Source: an uncultured Lachnospiraceae bacterium (GTDB taxonomy: Bacteria; Bacillota; Clostridia; Christensenellales; UBA1242). From it: 64,000 nucleotides of DNA. The notes under the pieces are model-generated. The model made no database searches and had not been told where the DNA came from. It saw nothing but the letters and a program-made list of their open reading frames with translations. Within the stretch, counting starts at the first letter, position 1. Every line of letters starts with the position of its first letter. Where the stretch lies: NCBI GenBank assembly GCA_964383665.1, contig CAYLHO010000002.1, positions 2,544 through 66,543 of the forward strand. The letters run 5' to 3'. The translations under genes and the position numbers were made by a program. Of the stretch, positions 49,501 to 57,314 are shown one piece after another.

Positions 49501-52500
49501 GATGAAAATGGAAACCAAATTGGCGACATTGTTGAAAAGACATTCTATGTTGAGCATCTTCCAGGAGTTATGGTTTCAATTGATGGCGTTTCAAGCGGAA
49601 ACGAGGGAAGCTTGCTTCTTGCTCAAGGCGTTTCGTATGATATGAACGTTTGGGTTAAGGGATATAATTCTGGGGCATACTCCAACGCAGGGTCGGTTAT
49701 AACCGACGGACAAATTGTTTTGGAGGTTCAGGGTTCAGAACTTGTTTCAATAACACGCGATTCAAACGGAAACTATAAGTTGAAAGTTTCTACGAACGAA
49801 CTTGGAACAGACAGAACAGTTAAAATTAAGAGTTATGGAGTTAACTCGAAAGGCGAAAGAAGCAAAGAAGTTGTTTTAACAATTGAAATTGTTGAATTTG
49901 TTGTCAAAACCGACAATGTTGGCGACATTCTTAAGGAAACGGTTAATAATGTTTATGCTTCTGCAACTGGGAACACATATATGCTTGAGGTTGCCCTTAA
50001 TTCCGACATTTTGATTTTTGATAACACAAACTCAAGAATTAAGGAAAGTGTTTTAAAATTCCTAGACAATCTTTCAACGCAAAACGATGAAACAAAAAGT
50101 ACTGTTTGGCAAATTAAAGATAATGGCAAACAAGCTCCAAACTTTGTTTCAATTGGCGGCGACTCATTTGCAGGCGCAGGAAGCAAGAAAACATATAAAA
50201 CAACAAACAATGCTTTTGAAGTTACATATAACTCGCAAACAGGGAAGGCATATGTTAAATTCTTAAAAACTGAAAGTTCTGCAGCGCCAACCTTTCAAGT
50301 TAGATACGAAGGAAAATTCTATTACGACCAAAACGGAAAACCGACGGCTGGCGTTGAATCGGGCAAGAATATTTACACATTAACTCAAATTATCTCGTTT
50401 GATATTTCCGAAAAAACGAGTTTAACAAATCCATATCCAATTTACACTTATGAACAATTTATGGATATGAGAGAAAACAACCATTATATATTGATGGAAG
50501 ATATCTATCTTGATGAGAATTTCTCTCCAATCTCAACGAAAATTGCAATGCTTGATGGAAACGGACACAGAATTTTTGTTCCATCAATAAGTTTGAGCTC
50601 AAGCGAAACAACGTCATTAAGTTTTGGACTTTTTACAAAACTTTCTGAAAATGCACTTTTGAAAAATATAACCTTATATATAAACGGCACAGTTGAAATT
50701 AACATGTATAACTTCACATCTGTTAACTATGGGCTTCTTGTTGCCGAAAATGAAGGGAAAATTACTAACTGCTCAATTGAGGGTTCAACTTATGCAATTG
50801 TTAATCTAAATTTGTTTGGAACAAATCCTTCTTCAAACATCAACTGTGAAGTTGGAGGTCTTGTTGCAATCAACAATGGCGACATAACAAACAGCCGAGT
50901 TGAAGTTGGAATTTCAATTAACTCGGTTAAGAGTGCGTTGGTTGGTTATCTTCCAGCAAACCTTGGAGGACTTGTTTCAATTAACAATGGTTCTGGAACA
51001 ATTTCGTCTTGCTATGTTAAAGCGAGAATTGAAAACAACACTGCTGGTTCGGTTTCGGCAATAACCGGTGGGCTTGTTTCTCAAAACAATGTTGGAGGAA
51101 AAATTTTCGCATGTTACACAAGCGGCGAATCAACTTTCCCATCCAGCATTGAAGAAGTTAGAAATGCAACCGAAATTGTCTATTCAACGGCAAGCGCAAG
51201 CGGATTTGTTTACACTAACTCTGGAGCAATTTCAAACTGCTATTCCAACATTCCAGTTCGAACAAATGAAGGCGCAAGCGGTTTCGTTTATCAAAATCAA
51301 TCGGGCGGAGAAATTTTCAACTGCTATTCAACATCTGCCTTTGAAAGTTCTGCTAAAAATGGTGCGTTCGTTGGGGTTCTAACTGGGGTTGTTGAAGAAG
51401 AAAATCCAATCCTTAATTCTGGAACAATAACGGAATGCTTTGCATGGGAAGAAGTTGCAGAAATTGGAGTTTCAAAGGTTAACTCTGGTCTTGCAAGCAA
51501 CAAAGGCGCTGTTGTTTCATTAACAGCTAATCAATTTAAACCAAGCAGCGAAGAAAGTGGGAATGGATATTTTGGAAAATTCGCATTCTCAAGCACTGCA
51601 AATAAAACCGACGGTGTTTGGTTCTGGGCGGCAAATGGAACAGAGGCAGAATTTTTAAGAAATGGAATTCAAATGAATTTCTCAAACAAAGCGCCTCAAC
51701 TTGTTTCACCAAACTTAATTGCAAACGCAGTTAGAACTTTAACAAGTACGATTTATGATCCATTAACCGAAACAACAATTTACAACTATGCCTGGGAAGC
51801 AGGGCAAGATGAGGGAACAAAATATAATCCATACATCATCGCAAATCAAGAGGACTTGGAATATATTGTTTCGAAGCAATCAGGCTTTACAAACGGAAAC
51901 ATTATTAAAGACATTTATTGTCGACTTGTTGGGGATATAATTTATGAAACTTCAACGGTTTCAAGCGGACTTTATCAATTTGCGTTCCTTGGAAATCTTG
52001 AAGGAAACTCCTACACAATTGGAAATTATGTTCTCGACAGCTCTGCAAAAATGGATAATGGAGGATTCTTTGCTTCAATTGGAACGGCATCAAATCAAGG
52101 CGGAAGCATTAAAAACTTAACATTTGCTCCAAGATATATGAGTTTAACAAATTGCAATGCAGTTGGAGCAGTTGCCGGTTCGCTTTTTGGAGGAACACTT
52201 GTTAACATAACAATTGATGGAACAACCTACGCCTCCGAACTTGATGGCTTAACTATAATTGGGAAAAACGCAGTTGGCGGAGTTGTTGGGCTTGCCGAAG
52301 GGGCGTTCAATCTTAACAATATTAAATCTAACATTTCGGTTAACGCAACCTATCGCGCAACTCTTAATGGGCATTCAACAAGCGAATATCTTAAATCCGA
52401 TTTAACAAAAATTTCTTATTCTGGGCTTGTTGCTGGAATTGCTGGCGGCTATGGGAACATTGTTTTTGTTGATGTTTATGGAAACAATGTTTCAGTTGCG

Positions 52501-53319
52501 GAAAATGCATCGTTAATGTTTGGATATGTTGGAAAAGATGTTTCCGCAACGCACTTAACAGCAACTGGGTCAATTAACCAGCTTATTAAAGCAGATGTTA
52601 GCGGAGGAGTTGTTGCAGCGCATAACTATGGAAGTTTAAGCGACATAACGGTAATGGGGCTTGATGACCCTTCATATAATGGTTTCTTTGACTCAAGCAA
52701 TTACGTTCCAGAATCTCTTGGAAACATCGTTGGAAAAATGTCGAATGGTTCAATTAAAGATGCAACTGTCTATTCAAAAATTAAAGCGCAAGCAGGAGTT
52801 GATGCTCTTGGAGGTGCGGTTGGAACTCTTGGTGCAGGAAAGTTGGAAAATATTTTGATTGTCGGAAACATTGTTGGAGGAAGTCGAATTGGCGGAGTTG
52901 TTGGGCAAATTCGCGATGCTCAAACAATTGAGCTTGCAAACTGCGCCCATAGCGGAACAATAACTTCTAACTCGTCTTCCGAAATTGTTACTGTTGGAAC
53001 GTTGGTTGGCTTTATCAACAAATTCAATGCTGACACACTTGGCGAAGGAAGAAAAATTAAAGTTTCTTTCGATAACTCAAAATTTTGGACAGACTATAAT
53101 TCAAAATTGGAAAGTGGCATCTACTCAAGAAAGTTGAACATAACAACATACTCAACATCAAACACCGAGGTTTGGTATGGAACAATAGTTTGTGAAGATG
53201 GCAACTTTGAGCGAGGCGTTGTTGATTACGATCAGTATAATCTTGTTGATGACAATGTTTCGTGGTATGTTCCTCTTGCAACGTCAAAACTTATCAATGG
53301 GAAAAATCCAAATGTATAA
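43501..53319 (+). CDS. Giant surface lipoprotein (3,272 aa), paralogous in architecture to the upstream gene
   Basis: It starts 40 nt after the upstream stop with no terminator between. Leader is MKKRIFSLLVLILVAVCGGVFAAC with Cys24. Ig-like units are present (KFTITASSAGTAEIVIKT...). GLUG-like repeats include VGGVAGRNSGGRIERI, VGGIVGRNDCQVVGA, LGGLVSINNGSGTISSC and ASGFVYQNQSGGEIFNC. Confidence 0.9.
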   Translation: MKKRIFSLLVLILVAVCGGVFAACTQSGGENVSIKAVSGLDSQISQEKIDSISNEILLSEDEKGLLSSGFGYNNSVKDGNTVSLVVGSETNGSRELIFEIENYVDGMSDKIFVSSDSTCVQISEIESAGKGRQKFTITASSAGTAEIVIKTGQYSKTTKIVVKAIEKLSSFGVKTNATIFLERGKELEISPEKFLNFFPSDSNLKEVEFYDGKTLLTKDGKTILSTNPSESATGVISENKELTVKSLRLTGSGSVQTISVVIVDSLENLSMKKLVYSNNLKTFPEFENGKTITVIRNVSLGEINYGVRELYVLVDCAEEDLEIVATAKGTDLLVTYSDKERITSQNLLTSKFGNLIDSPQGEFSTWVFKFELKYEGISNYELEFGFKTGSYNYSNVLNANVEFKSASNLVNFAKAGESEDFSNTYTIYDNYIGTFGTRFVVSTNTSDEFSKAEISLLISGENALGFKVYDVVGEEKVGVAALGVTKISLKSGENFFIKANEGQVGTFKLTARVAYVFEGVEFVTEKEITLKAVNSPSNFFFNKENGEEISDYVFDLNTSGKIISGIKQTETYAERNSLTLQINGYVGSGALTGAISDFSIVSASPILQVTKDGSRITLLATGTGTGSFKILTGNGISRTFNFTIIQSISDAKVFVPTPEQNTNVISILSNYNFDSTIYDQYAIVKKNTLIPLVVSATGEVVTVTAEGDGISYSNGRITCETEFNKNELVVSLTYKYVEDDVIVTQAVVVQKILISSIVEIENFNISTSYGSSIFSLYDYSTVGYYSRNLAMATLQINILPNEIREEIFKTIKFSSNIDAKSEIDTEDQYTLVTDVFTFTFYRTGASAGTGTLICEVKDSSLLNENGGLKAGKVTLLASIDRSFDMSEGGNFVKFIQFDVKSAKKVEVISSQTKSIELDSFITERKIEVSTYPLGATNSMLSYVFIPKTSGLKEGDVEIVKLSDGIHVRLTDKNVSGEGAIRIIAFDSFTSASDYTNYLDIPVVISNGSQQFPYYINFESDVRKMVETGFEKYYIISGEIDLKDVQWESSKYVLSGGITGINNAKLKNINVTNILWEDSSKQYFGGLFTEIGGEAFIRNLAFEFESVNFEISSANDLDRAPSYNGFLGTIAGKNNGTLENVSVVGNINVLISGGYTLSVGGLFGENLRSILTSVTSSSRNTTLFTGKITVVDASISAGVSHTLYVGGVAGRNSGGRIERIVESGLVEFNNAFATTNVSIVSKYELESFVPDTENVEGFGAIAGFNRYQSSAIVEEQQGIFNVSVIGEIFAEKFNNVGGIVGRNDCQVVGARSQVYVRGMNNVGGGAGYNNGTLTSIIVESTYKTSRNNEAQAALVVGANNVGGIVGLMDGGKLESSSFISYISTTQPLVDLISSGNYGRVVAAQVRDEEGNLKGIVNFVVAIANVKIQSMATVVETELESANYAIFNRGNASEKAELFKGAGSKLEDENVVGKTKTELKGTEGFEFIFIPTDEIGLKLTESTEKFEMGTTSGGNVAFYLYYYGNLNSEVASKNTLNLSALLTSEIGSRFQVSSSDPSIIEVSTLGQLVVKKTGYVVLTATSEYVDEGKDQQIYIKVINYTNNLSIYLDSNKANEIKNDENGKIVFDATESKLIYVSFLDKFNIYNLTNPSDIKIFLKVKNLETGNEEIVKPDDDRKDGIVFRVIKISSDSYQIAVYGEIGNYGIEVVPYVEFVGNDGKTYVSSTIAHELINELDAEFGLNETVKTNFEFKNTTKSINVSKDIIITEPYYEKSIDVIVNSINENETITISAIQVDKNGNEINKNLLALDLKVVYGGVETTGFPQIQLEMNCKTNNKFGISVKVNEEKMIFEGTQYFIIKIVSSNGKEANMKLEIQPQSLISISTTLYPIISQDELKYNFKGNFSYIPSGVIIPGQNSLIELSLTPEFTYFKTIEIVNKSSNEYNLVFDLFNRSSGVVSGAKSIENGISIDRELINGGSFALRTFADQRLSDNSNVSIYIILKDENGNQIGDIVEKTFYVEHLPGVMVSIDGVSSGNEGSLLLAQGVSYDMNVWVKGYNSGAYSNAGSVITDGQIVLEVQGSELVSITRDSNGNYKLKVSTNELGTDRTVKIKSYGVNSKGERSKEVVLTIEIVEFVVKTDNVGDILKETVNNVYASATGNTYMLEVALNSDILIFDNTNSRIKESVLKFLDNLSTQNDETKSTVWQIKDNGKQAPNFVSIGGDSFAGAGSKKTYKTTNNAFEVTYNSQTGKAYVKFLKTESSAAPTFQVRYEGKFYYDQNGKPTAGVESGKNIYTLTQIISFDISEKTSLTNPYPIYTYEQFMDMRENNHYILMEDIYLDENFSPISTKIAMLDGNGHRIFVPSISLSSSETTSLSFGLFTKLSENALLKNITLYINGTVEINMYNFTSVNYGLLVAENEGKITNCSIEGSTYAIVNLNLFGTNPSSNINCEVGGLVAINNGDITNSRVEVGISINSVKSALVGYLPANLGGLVSINNGSGTISSCYVKARIENNTAGSVSAITGGLVSQNNVGGKIFACYTSGESTFPSSIEEVRNATEIVYSTASASGFVYTNSGAISNCYSNIPVRTNEGASGFVYQNQSGGEIFNCYSTSAFESSAKNGAFVGVLTGVVEEENPILNSGTITECFAWEEVAEIGVSKVNSGLASNKGAVVSLTANQFKPSSEESGNGYFGKFAFSSTANKTDGVWFWAANGTEAEFLRNGIQMNFSNKAPQLVSPNLIANAVRTLTSTIYDPLTETTIYNYAWEAGQDEGTKYNPYIIANQEDLEYIVSKQSGFTNGNIIKDIYCRLVGDIIYETSTVSSGLYQFAFLGNLEGNSYTIGNYVLDSSAKMDNGGFFASIGTASNQGGSIKNLTFAPRYMSLTNCNAVGAVAGSLFGGTLVNITIDGTTYASELDGLTIIGKNAVGGVVGLAEGAFNLNNIKSNISVNATYRATLNGHSTSEYLKSDLTKISYSGLVAGIAGGYGNIVFVDVYGNNVSVAENASLMFGYVGKDVSATHLTATGSINQLIKADVSGGVVAAHNYGSLSDITVMGLDDPSYNGFFDSSNYVPESLGNIVGKMSNGSIKDATVYSKIKAQAGVDALGGAVGTLGAGKLENILIVGNIVGGSRIGGVVGQIRDAQTIELANCAHSGTITSNSSSEIVTVGTLVGFINKFNADTLGEGRKIKVSFDNSKFWTDYNSKLESGIYSRKLNITTYSTSNTEVWYGTIVCEDGNFERGVVDYDQYNLVDDNVSWYVPLATSKLINGKNPNV

Positions 53320-53325
53320 AATAAA

Positions 53326-53355
53326 AAACAAGCGTAAGTTGCGCTTGTTTTTTTG
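53326..53355 (+). terminator. Rho-independent terminator of the giant-gene operon
   Basis: AACAAGCG-taagttg-CGCTTGTT followed by a T-run. Confidence 0.8.
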
Positions 53356-53439
53356 TTGTTCGAAAAGTTTAAATTTTATTTTATGATAAGTTGCGATTGG
53401 TGAAAAGAGAAGAGGATTTGTTAAATTTGCAAAAAGTAG

Positions 53440-53468
53440 TTGACAGAAATGCTTTTTGGTGGTAAAAT
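53440..53468 (+). promoter_or_regulatory. Sigma-A promoter for rpoB-rpoC
   Basis: TTGACA (53440-53445), 17 nt, TGg-TAAAAT (hexamer 53463-53468). The leader to the ATG at 53584 is about 110 nt. Confidence 0.6.
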
Positions 53469-53583
53469 TCGTTTCTGTATAGGCTAAAGTGGACAAAATT
53501 TGGGCATTTTTTAGTTGATCTATATTTTATTTAGGCGAAAATGAGTTTTTTTGCCACTCTTTTTTTTGCTATAAGGAGAACAT

Positions 53584-56500
53584 ATGATAGAAACAATGGT
53601 TAAAAAAATTAAAAGCGGAAGAGGAGAAAGATATTCTTTTGGAAAAGTTGAAGAATATTGCGAAACTCCAAATCTCCTTGAAATTCAAAGAGATGCTTAC
53701 AAAAAATTCCTTGAAACAGGAATCGACGAAGTTCTTCAAGAATTTTCGCCAGTTGTTGACTACAGCGGAAAAGGCAAATTATATTTCCTTTCTTCTTCTG
53801 TTGACAAAACTCCAAAAGTTTCTCGCGCGGAATGCAAACGCCGCGGGATTTCTTACACAACTCCTTTAAGAGTTAAAGCAAAATTCGTTACCGAAGAAAA
53901 CGAAGCAGGCGTTGAACAAGAAGTTTTCATGGGGGACATTCCTCTTATGACCGACGAGGCTTCTTTCATCTTTAACGGAATTGAAAGAGTTGTCGTTTCA
54001 CAAATCGTTCGTTCTCCAAGTGCTTATTTCACTCAAGACGAGCCTGAAAACCTTCAAACTCTCAAAGGACAAATGATTCCAACTCGTGGAATGTGGCTTG
54101 AGTTTGAACAAGGCGCAAACGACATTATTAAAGTTGTTATCGATCGCGGAAGCAAAGTTACTCTTGGTGTTTTCCTTAAGTGCTTTGGATACACAAACGA
54201 TGAGATTTTAAATCTTTTTGGAAACAACAAATATGTTAAAAATGTTTTGGAAAAAGAACCACAAGCAACTCAAGAAGAAGCTTTAATTGAATTTAGCAGA
54301 AAAACAAGACCAACCGAAGTTCCTTCGGCAGAATCAACAAGAAGCTATCTTAACTTGTTCTTCTTCTCTGATCAATATTATAACTTAAGCAGAGTTGGAA
54401 GATATAAATTCAACAAAAAACTTTCAATTGCAACAAGAATTCAAAATCAAGTGTCTGCCGACAACATTGTTATTGATGATGAAGTTGTTGTTAAAGCTGG
54501 CGAAAAAATTGGCGAAGAAGTTGCAAGAAGAATTCAAGATGCAGGAATCAACGAGGTTTGGCTTTTGATTCGCGGAAATCGTCATCTTGTTCGCGGAAAC
54601 AATCGCGTTCGTCTTTCATCGGTTTTCCCATGTAATGAAGAAGAACTTGGAATTAACGAGGAAGTTTACTATCCAACCTTAATGCAAATTCTTAAAGACA
54701 ACAAAACAAAAGAAAAACGTCTTAAAGCAATCAAGGAAAATGCAAAACAACTTCTCATAACAACATTAACAATTGATGATATCCTTGCAAGCATAAGCTA
54801 TTATTTGGATCTTTTGGAAGGAATTGGGCAACTCGACAACATCGACCACCTTTCAAACAGAAGAATTCAATCAGTTGGCGAACTTGTTAGAAATGCATTC
54901 CGTTCGGGCGTTAACAAACTTTGCGTAAGCATGAAAGAAAGCCTTCAAGGAAAAGATTTGAGCGAAGTTTCTCCTTCCCAAATCATTAACCCTCGTCCAA
55001 TTAACAAGGCTCTTAAAGATTTTATTGCTTCCTCACAACTTTCACAACTTATGGATCAAGCAAACCCTCTTTCTTCTTTAACTCAAAAGAGAAGAGTTTC
55101 GGCTGTTGGTCCTGGAGGAATTAAGAAGGAAAGAGCAAGCGACGAGGTCCGTGATATCCATTACACCCACTTTGGAAGAATCTGCGTTATTGAAACTCCA
55201 GAAGGTCAAAGCATTGGTCTTATCAGCACACTCGCTTCTTACGTTAAAATTAATGAATATGGATTCCTTGAAACTCCATATAGAAAAGTTGACAAAGAAA
55301 CAGGAATTGTTTCAAAGGTTAGCGAATATAAAATGGCAGATGTTGAGGACACAGCGTATATTGCTCAATCAATTGAACCATTAACAGAGGACGGACGATT
55401 CCTTAAAGACAGAATTGTTTGCCGCCATAAAAACACAATTGTTGAAGTTCCAAGAAAAATGGTTGACTATGTTGACGTTTCGCCAAGACAATTCATCTCG
55501 GCAGCAACAGCATTAATTCCATTCCTTAACAGCGACGATAGTATGCGTGCTCTTATGGGGGCGAACATGCAACGTCAAGCAGTTCCAGTTTTGCGTCCTG
55601 AATCTCCAATTGTTGGAACGGGAATGGAAGCAAAAATCGCTTATGATTGCGGAGCAATGGTAATTGCGAAAAACGATGGAATCGTAACATACGTAAGTTC
55701 TTCACAAATCAAACTTATGACAAAAGAAGGCGAAGAAGTTTACGACCTTATTAAATTTAGTAAAACCAACCAAGACACTTGCATTAACCAAAAACCACTT
55801 GTTAAACACGGCGAAAAGGTTAAAGCAGGCGACATTTTGGCAGATGGCTATTCAACTCAAAACGGAGAACTTGCTCTTGGAAAGAACGTTCTTGCCGGCT
55901 ACATGAACTGGGAAGGATATAACTATGAAGATGCTATCTTGGTTAGCGAAAGAATGGTTAAAGAAGATGTTTATACTTCAATAACTTTGAAAGCAGAAGA
56001 AATTAAGTGCAGAACAACAAAACTTGGCGACGAGGAAATAACTCGCGACATTCCAAATCTTGGCGAAGAAGCACTTAGAAACCTTGATGAAAACGGAATT
56101 GTTAGAGTTGGGGCAGAAGTTGTTCCAGGCGACATTCTTGTTGGAAAAGTAACACCAAAAGGTGAAACAGAATTAACTCCTGAAGAAAGATTGCTCCGTG
56201 CAATTTTCGGAGAAAAAGCACGTGAAGTTCGCGACACATCTCTTCGTGTTCAACATGGACGCGGTGGTGTTGTTGTTGACGTTCAAGTTTTCTCAAGAAA
56301 GAACAAAGACGAGCTTGAACCAGGCGTTAACATGATGGTTAAAGTTTATGTTGCTCAAAGACGTAAGCTTTCGGTTGGGGATAAGATGGCCGGCCGTCAC
56401 GGAAACAAAGGTGTTGTTTCAAGAATCCTTCCAGTTTCCGACATGCCATACATGGCAAACGGGCAACCTCTCGACATCGTTCTTAACCCTCTTGGAATTC

Positions 56501-57267
56501 CATCTCGTATGAACGTTGGACAACTTTTGGAAGTTCACCTTGGACTTGTTGCTCAAAGTTTAGGCTGGAAAGTTGCAACTCCTGTTTTCGATGGGGCAAC
56601 AGCAAAAGATATTCAAGAACTTTTGGTTGCAAACAATTTCCCTGCAAACGGAAAAATCCAACTTTACGATGGAAGAACTGGCGAACCATTCGCTGCTCCT
56701 GCAACTGTTGGATATAAATATATGTTAAAACTTGACCACATGGTCGACAGCAAAATGCACGCTCGTTCAATTGGTCCATATTCTCTTGTCACTCAACAAC
56801 CTCTTGGAGGAAAAGCAATGTTTGGTGGACAAAGATTTGGTGAAATGGAAGTTTGGGCTCTTGAAGCATATGGAGCATCAAATGTTCTTCAAGAAATCTT
56901 AACTGTTAAATCTGACGACGTTGTTGGAAGAGTTAAAACATATGAGGCAATTGTTAAAGGACAACCAATTGCTGAACCTGGAATCCCAGAATCCTTCAAG
57001 GTTCTTGTTAAAGAACTTCAAGCTCTTGGACTTGACATTAAGATTTTAACTGAAAATAATCAAGAAATTTCAATTGGGGAAATGACCCAAGACGACATTT
57101 CGCCTTTAACAAGAGAAGTTGAAGATGAACTTAAGGAAATTAACCTTGATTTCGACACACCAACCGATGATGCAACTTCCGACTTGTTTGGAGAAATTGA
57201 AAAAGAAACAACTCCAACGTCTTCGGAATTTGATGCAAGCGGTCTTTTGGAAGATTTGGACGATTAA
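53584..57267 (+). CDS. rpoB: DNA-directed RNA polymerase subunit beta
   Basis: RBS AAGGAGAA. Motifs are [30 protein letters not shown] (rifampicin cluster I region), [19 protein letters not shown] and [14 protein letters not shown]. The tail is acidic. Confidence 0.98.
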   Translation: MIETMVKKIKSGRGERYSFGKVEEYCETPNLLEIQRDAYKKFLETGIDEVLQEFSPVVDYSGKGKLYFLSSSVDKTPKVSRAECKRRGISYTTPLRVKAKFVTEENEAGVEQEVFMGDIPLMTDEASFIFNGIERVVVSQIVRSPSAYFTQDEPENLQTLKGQMIPTRGMWLEFEQGANDIIKVVIDRGSKVTLGVFLKCFGYTNDEILNLFGNNKYVKNVLEKEPQATQEEALIEFSRKTRPTEVPSAESTRSYLNLFFFSDQYYNLSRVGRYKFNKKLSIATRIQNQVSADNIVIDDEVVVKAGEKIGEEVARRIQDAGINEVWLLIRGNRHLVRGNNRVRLSSVFPCNEEELGINEEVYYPTLMQILKDNKTKEKRLKAIKENAKQLLITTLTIDDILASISYYLDLLEGIGQLDNIDHLSNRRIQSVGELVRNAFRSGVNKLCVSMKESLQGKDLSEVSPSQIINPRPINKALKDFIASSQLSQLMDQANPLSSLTQKRRVSAVGPGGIKKERASDEVRDIHYTHFGRICVIETPEGQSIGLISTLASYVKINEYGFLETPYRKVDKETGIVSKVSEYKMADVEDTAYIAQSIEPLTEDGRFLKDRIVCRHKNTIVEVPRKMVDYVDVSPRQFISAATALIPFLNSDDSMRALMGANMQRQAVPVLRPESPIVGTGMEAKIAYDCGAMVIAKNDGIVTYVSSSQIKLMTKEGEEVYDLIKFSKTNQDTCINQKPLVKHGEKVKAGDILADGYSTQNGELALGKNVLAGYMNWEGYNYEDAILVSERMVKEDVYTSITLKAEEIKCRTTKLGDEEITRDIPNLGEEALRNLDENGIVRVGAEVVPGDILVGKVTPKGETELTPEERLLRAIFGEKAREVRDTSLRVQHGRGGVVVDVQVFSRKNKDELEPGVNMMVKVYVAQRRKLSVGDKMAGRHGNKGVVSRILPVSDMPYMANGQPLDIVLNPLGIPSRMNVGQLLEVHLGLVAQSLGWKVATPVFDGATAKDIQELLVANNFPANGKIQLYDGRTGEPFAAPATVGYKYMLKLDHMVDSKMHARSIGPYSLVTQQPLGGKAMFGGQRFGEMEVWALEAYGASNVLQEILTVKSDDVVGRVKTYEAIVKGQPIAEPGIPESFKVLVKELQALGLDIKILTENNQEISIGEMTQDDISPLTREVEDELKEINLDFDTPTDDATSDLFGEIEKETTPTSSEFDASGLLEDLDD

Positions 57268-57314
57268 TAAAGAAAAAATATAGATTAAAACATTTTAGTT
57301 TAGGAGAAAGAACT

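Noticed and set aside
26164-53287. Dozens of 60-120-aa ORFs on both strands inside the two giant genes
   Set aside because: All are nested in the two uninterrupted giant frames, whose repeat motifs are coherent over their whole length. None has an RBS or independent signal.
25779-53319. A protease or other catalytic domain in the giants (M26 IgA1-protease HExxH, lectin or DGR target, sortase signal)
   Set aside because: No HExxH was found; the only near match, HELIN in giant 2, lacks the second His. There is no LPXTG, no reverse transcriptase or template repeat nearby, and no long homopolymer tract for phase variation at either 5' end.
53192-53496. Track ORFs 53192-53386 (+) and 53284-53496 (-) in the giant-gene/rpoB spacer
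   Set aside because: They span the operon terminator and the rpoB promoter and have no RBS. Their sequence is low-complexity AT-rich translation.
53469-53583. Possible attenuator hairpin in the rpoB leader (GGCGAAAA...TTTTTTTGCC near 53535-53556)
   Set aside because: The stem is mostly A-T with a G-T wobble, and the following T-run is not adjacent to it. It is too weak to call without folding energetics or conservation.
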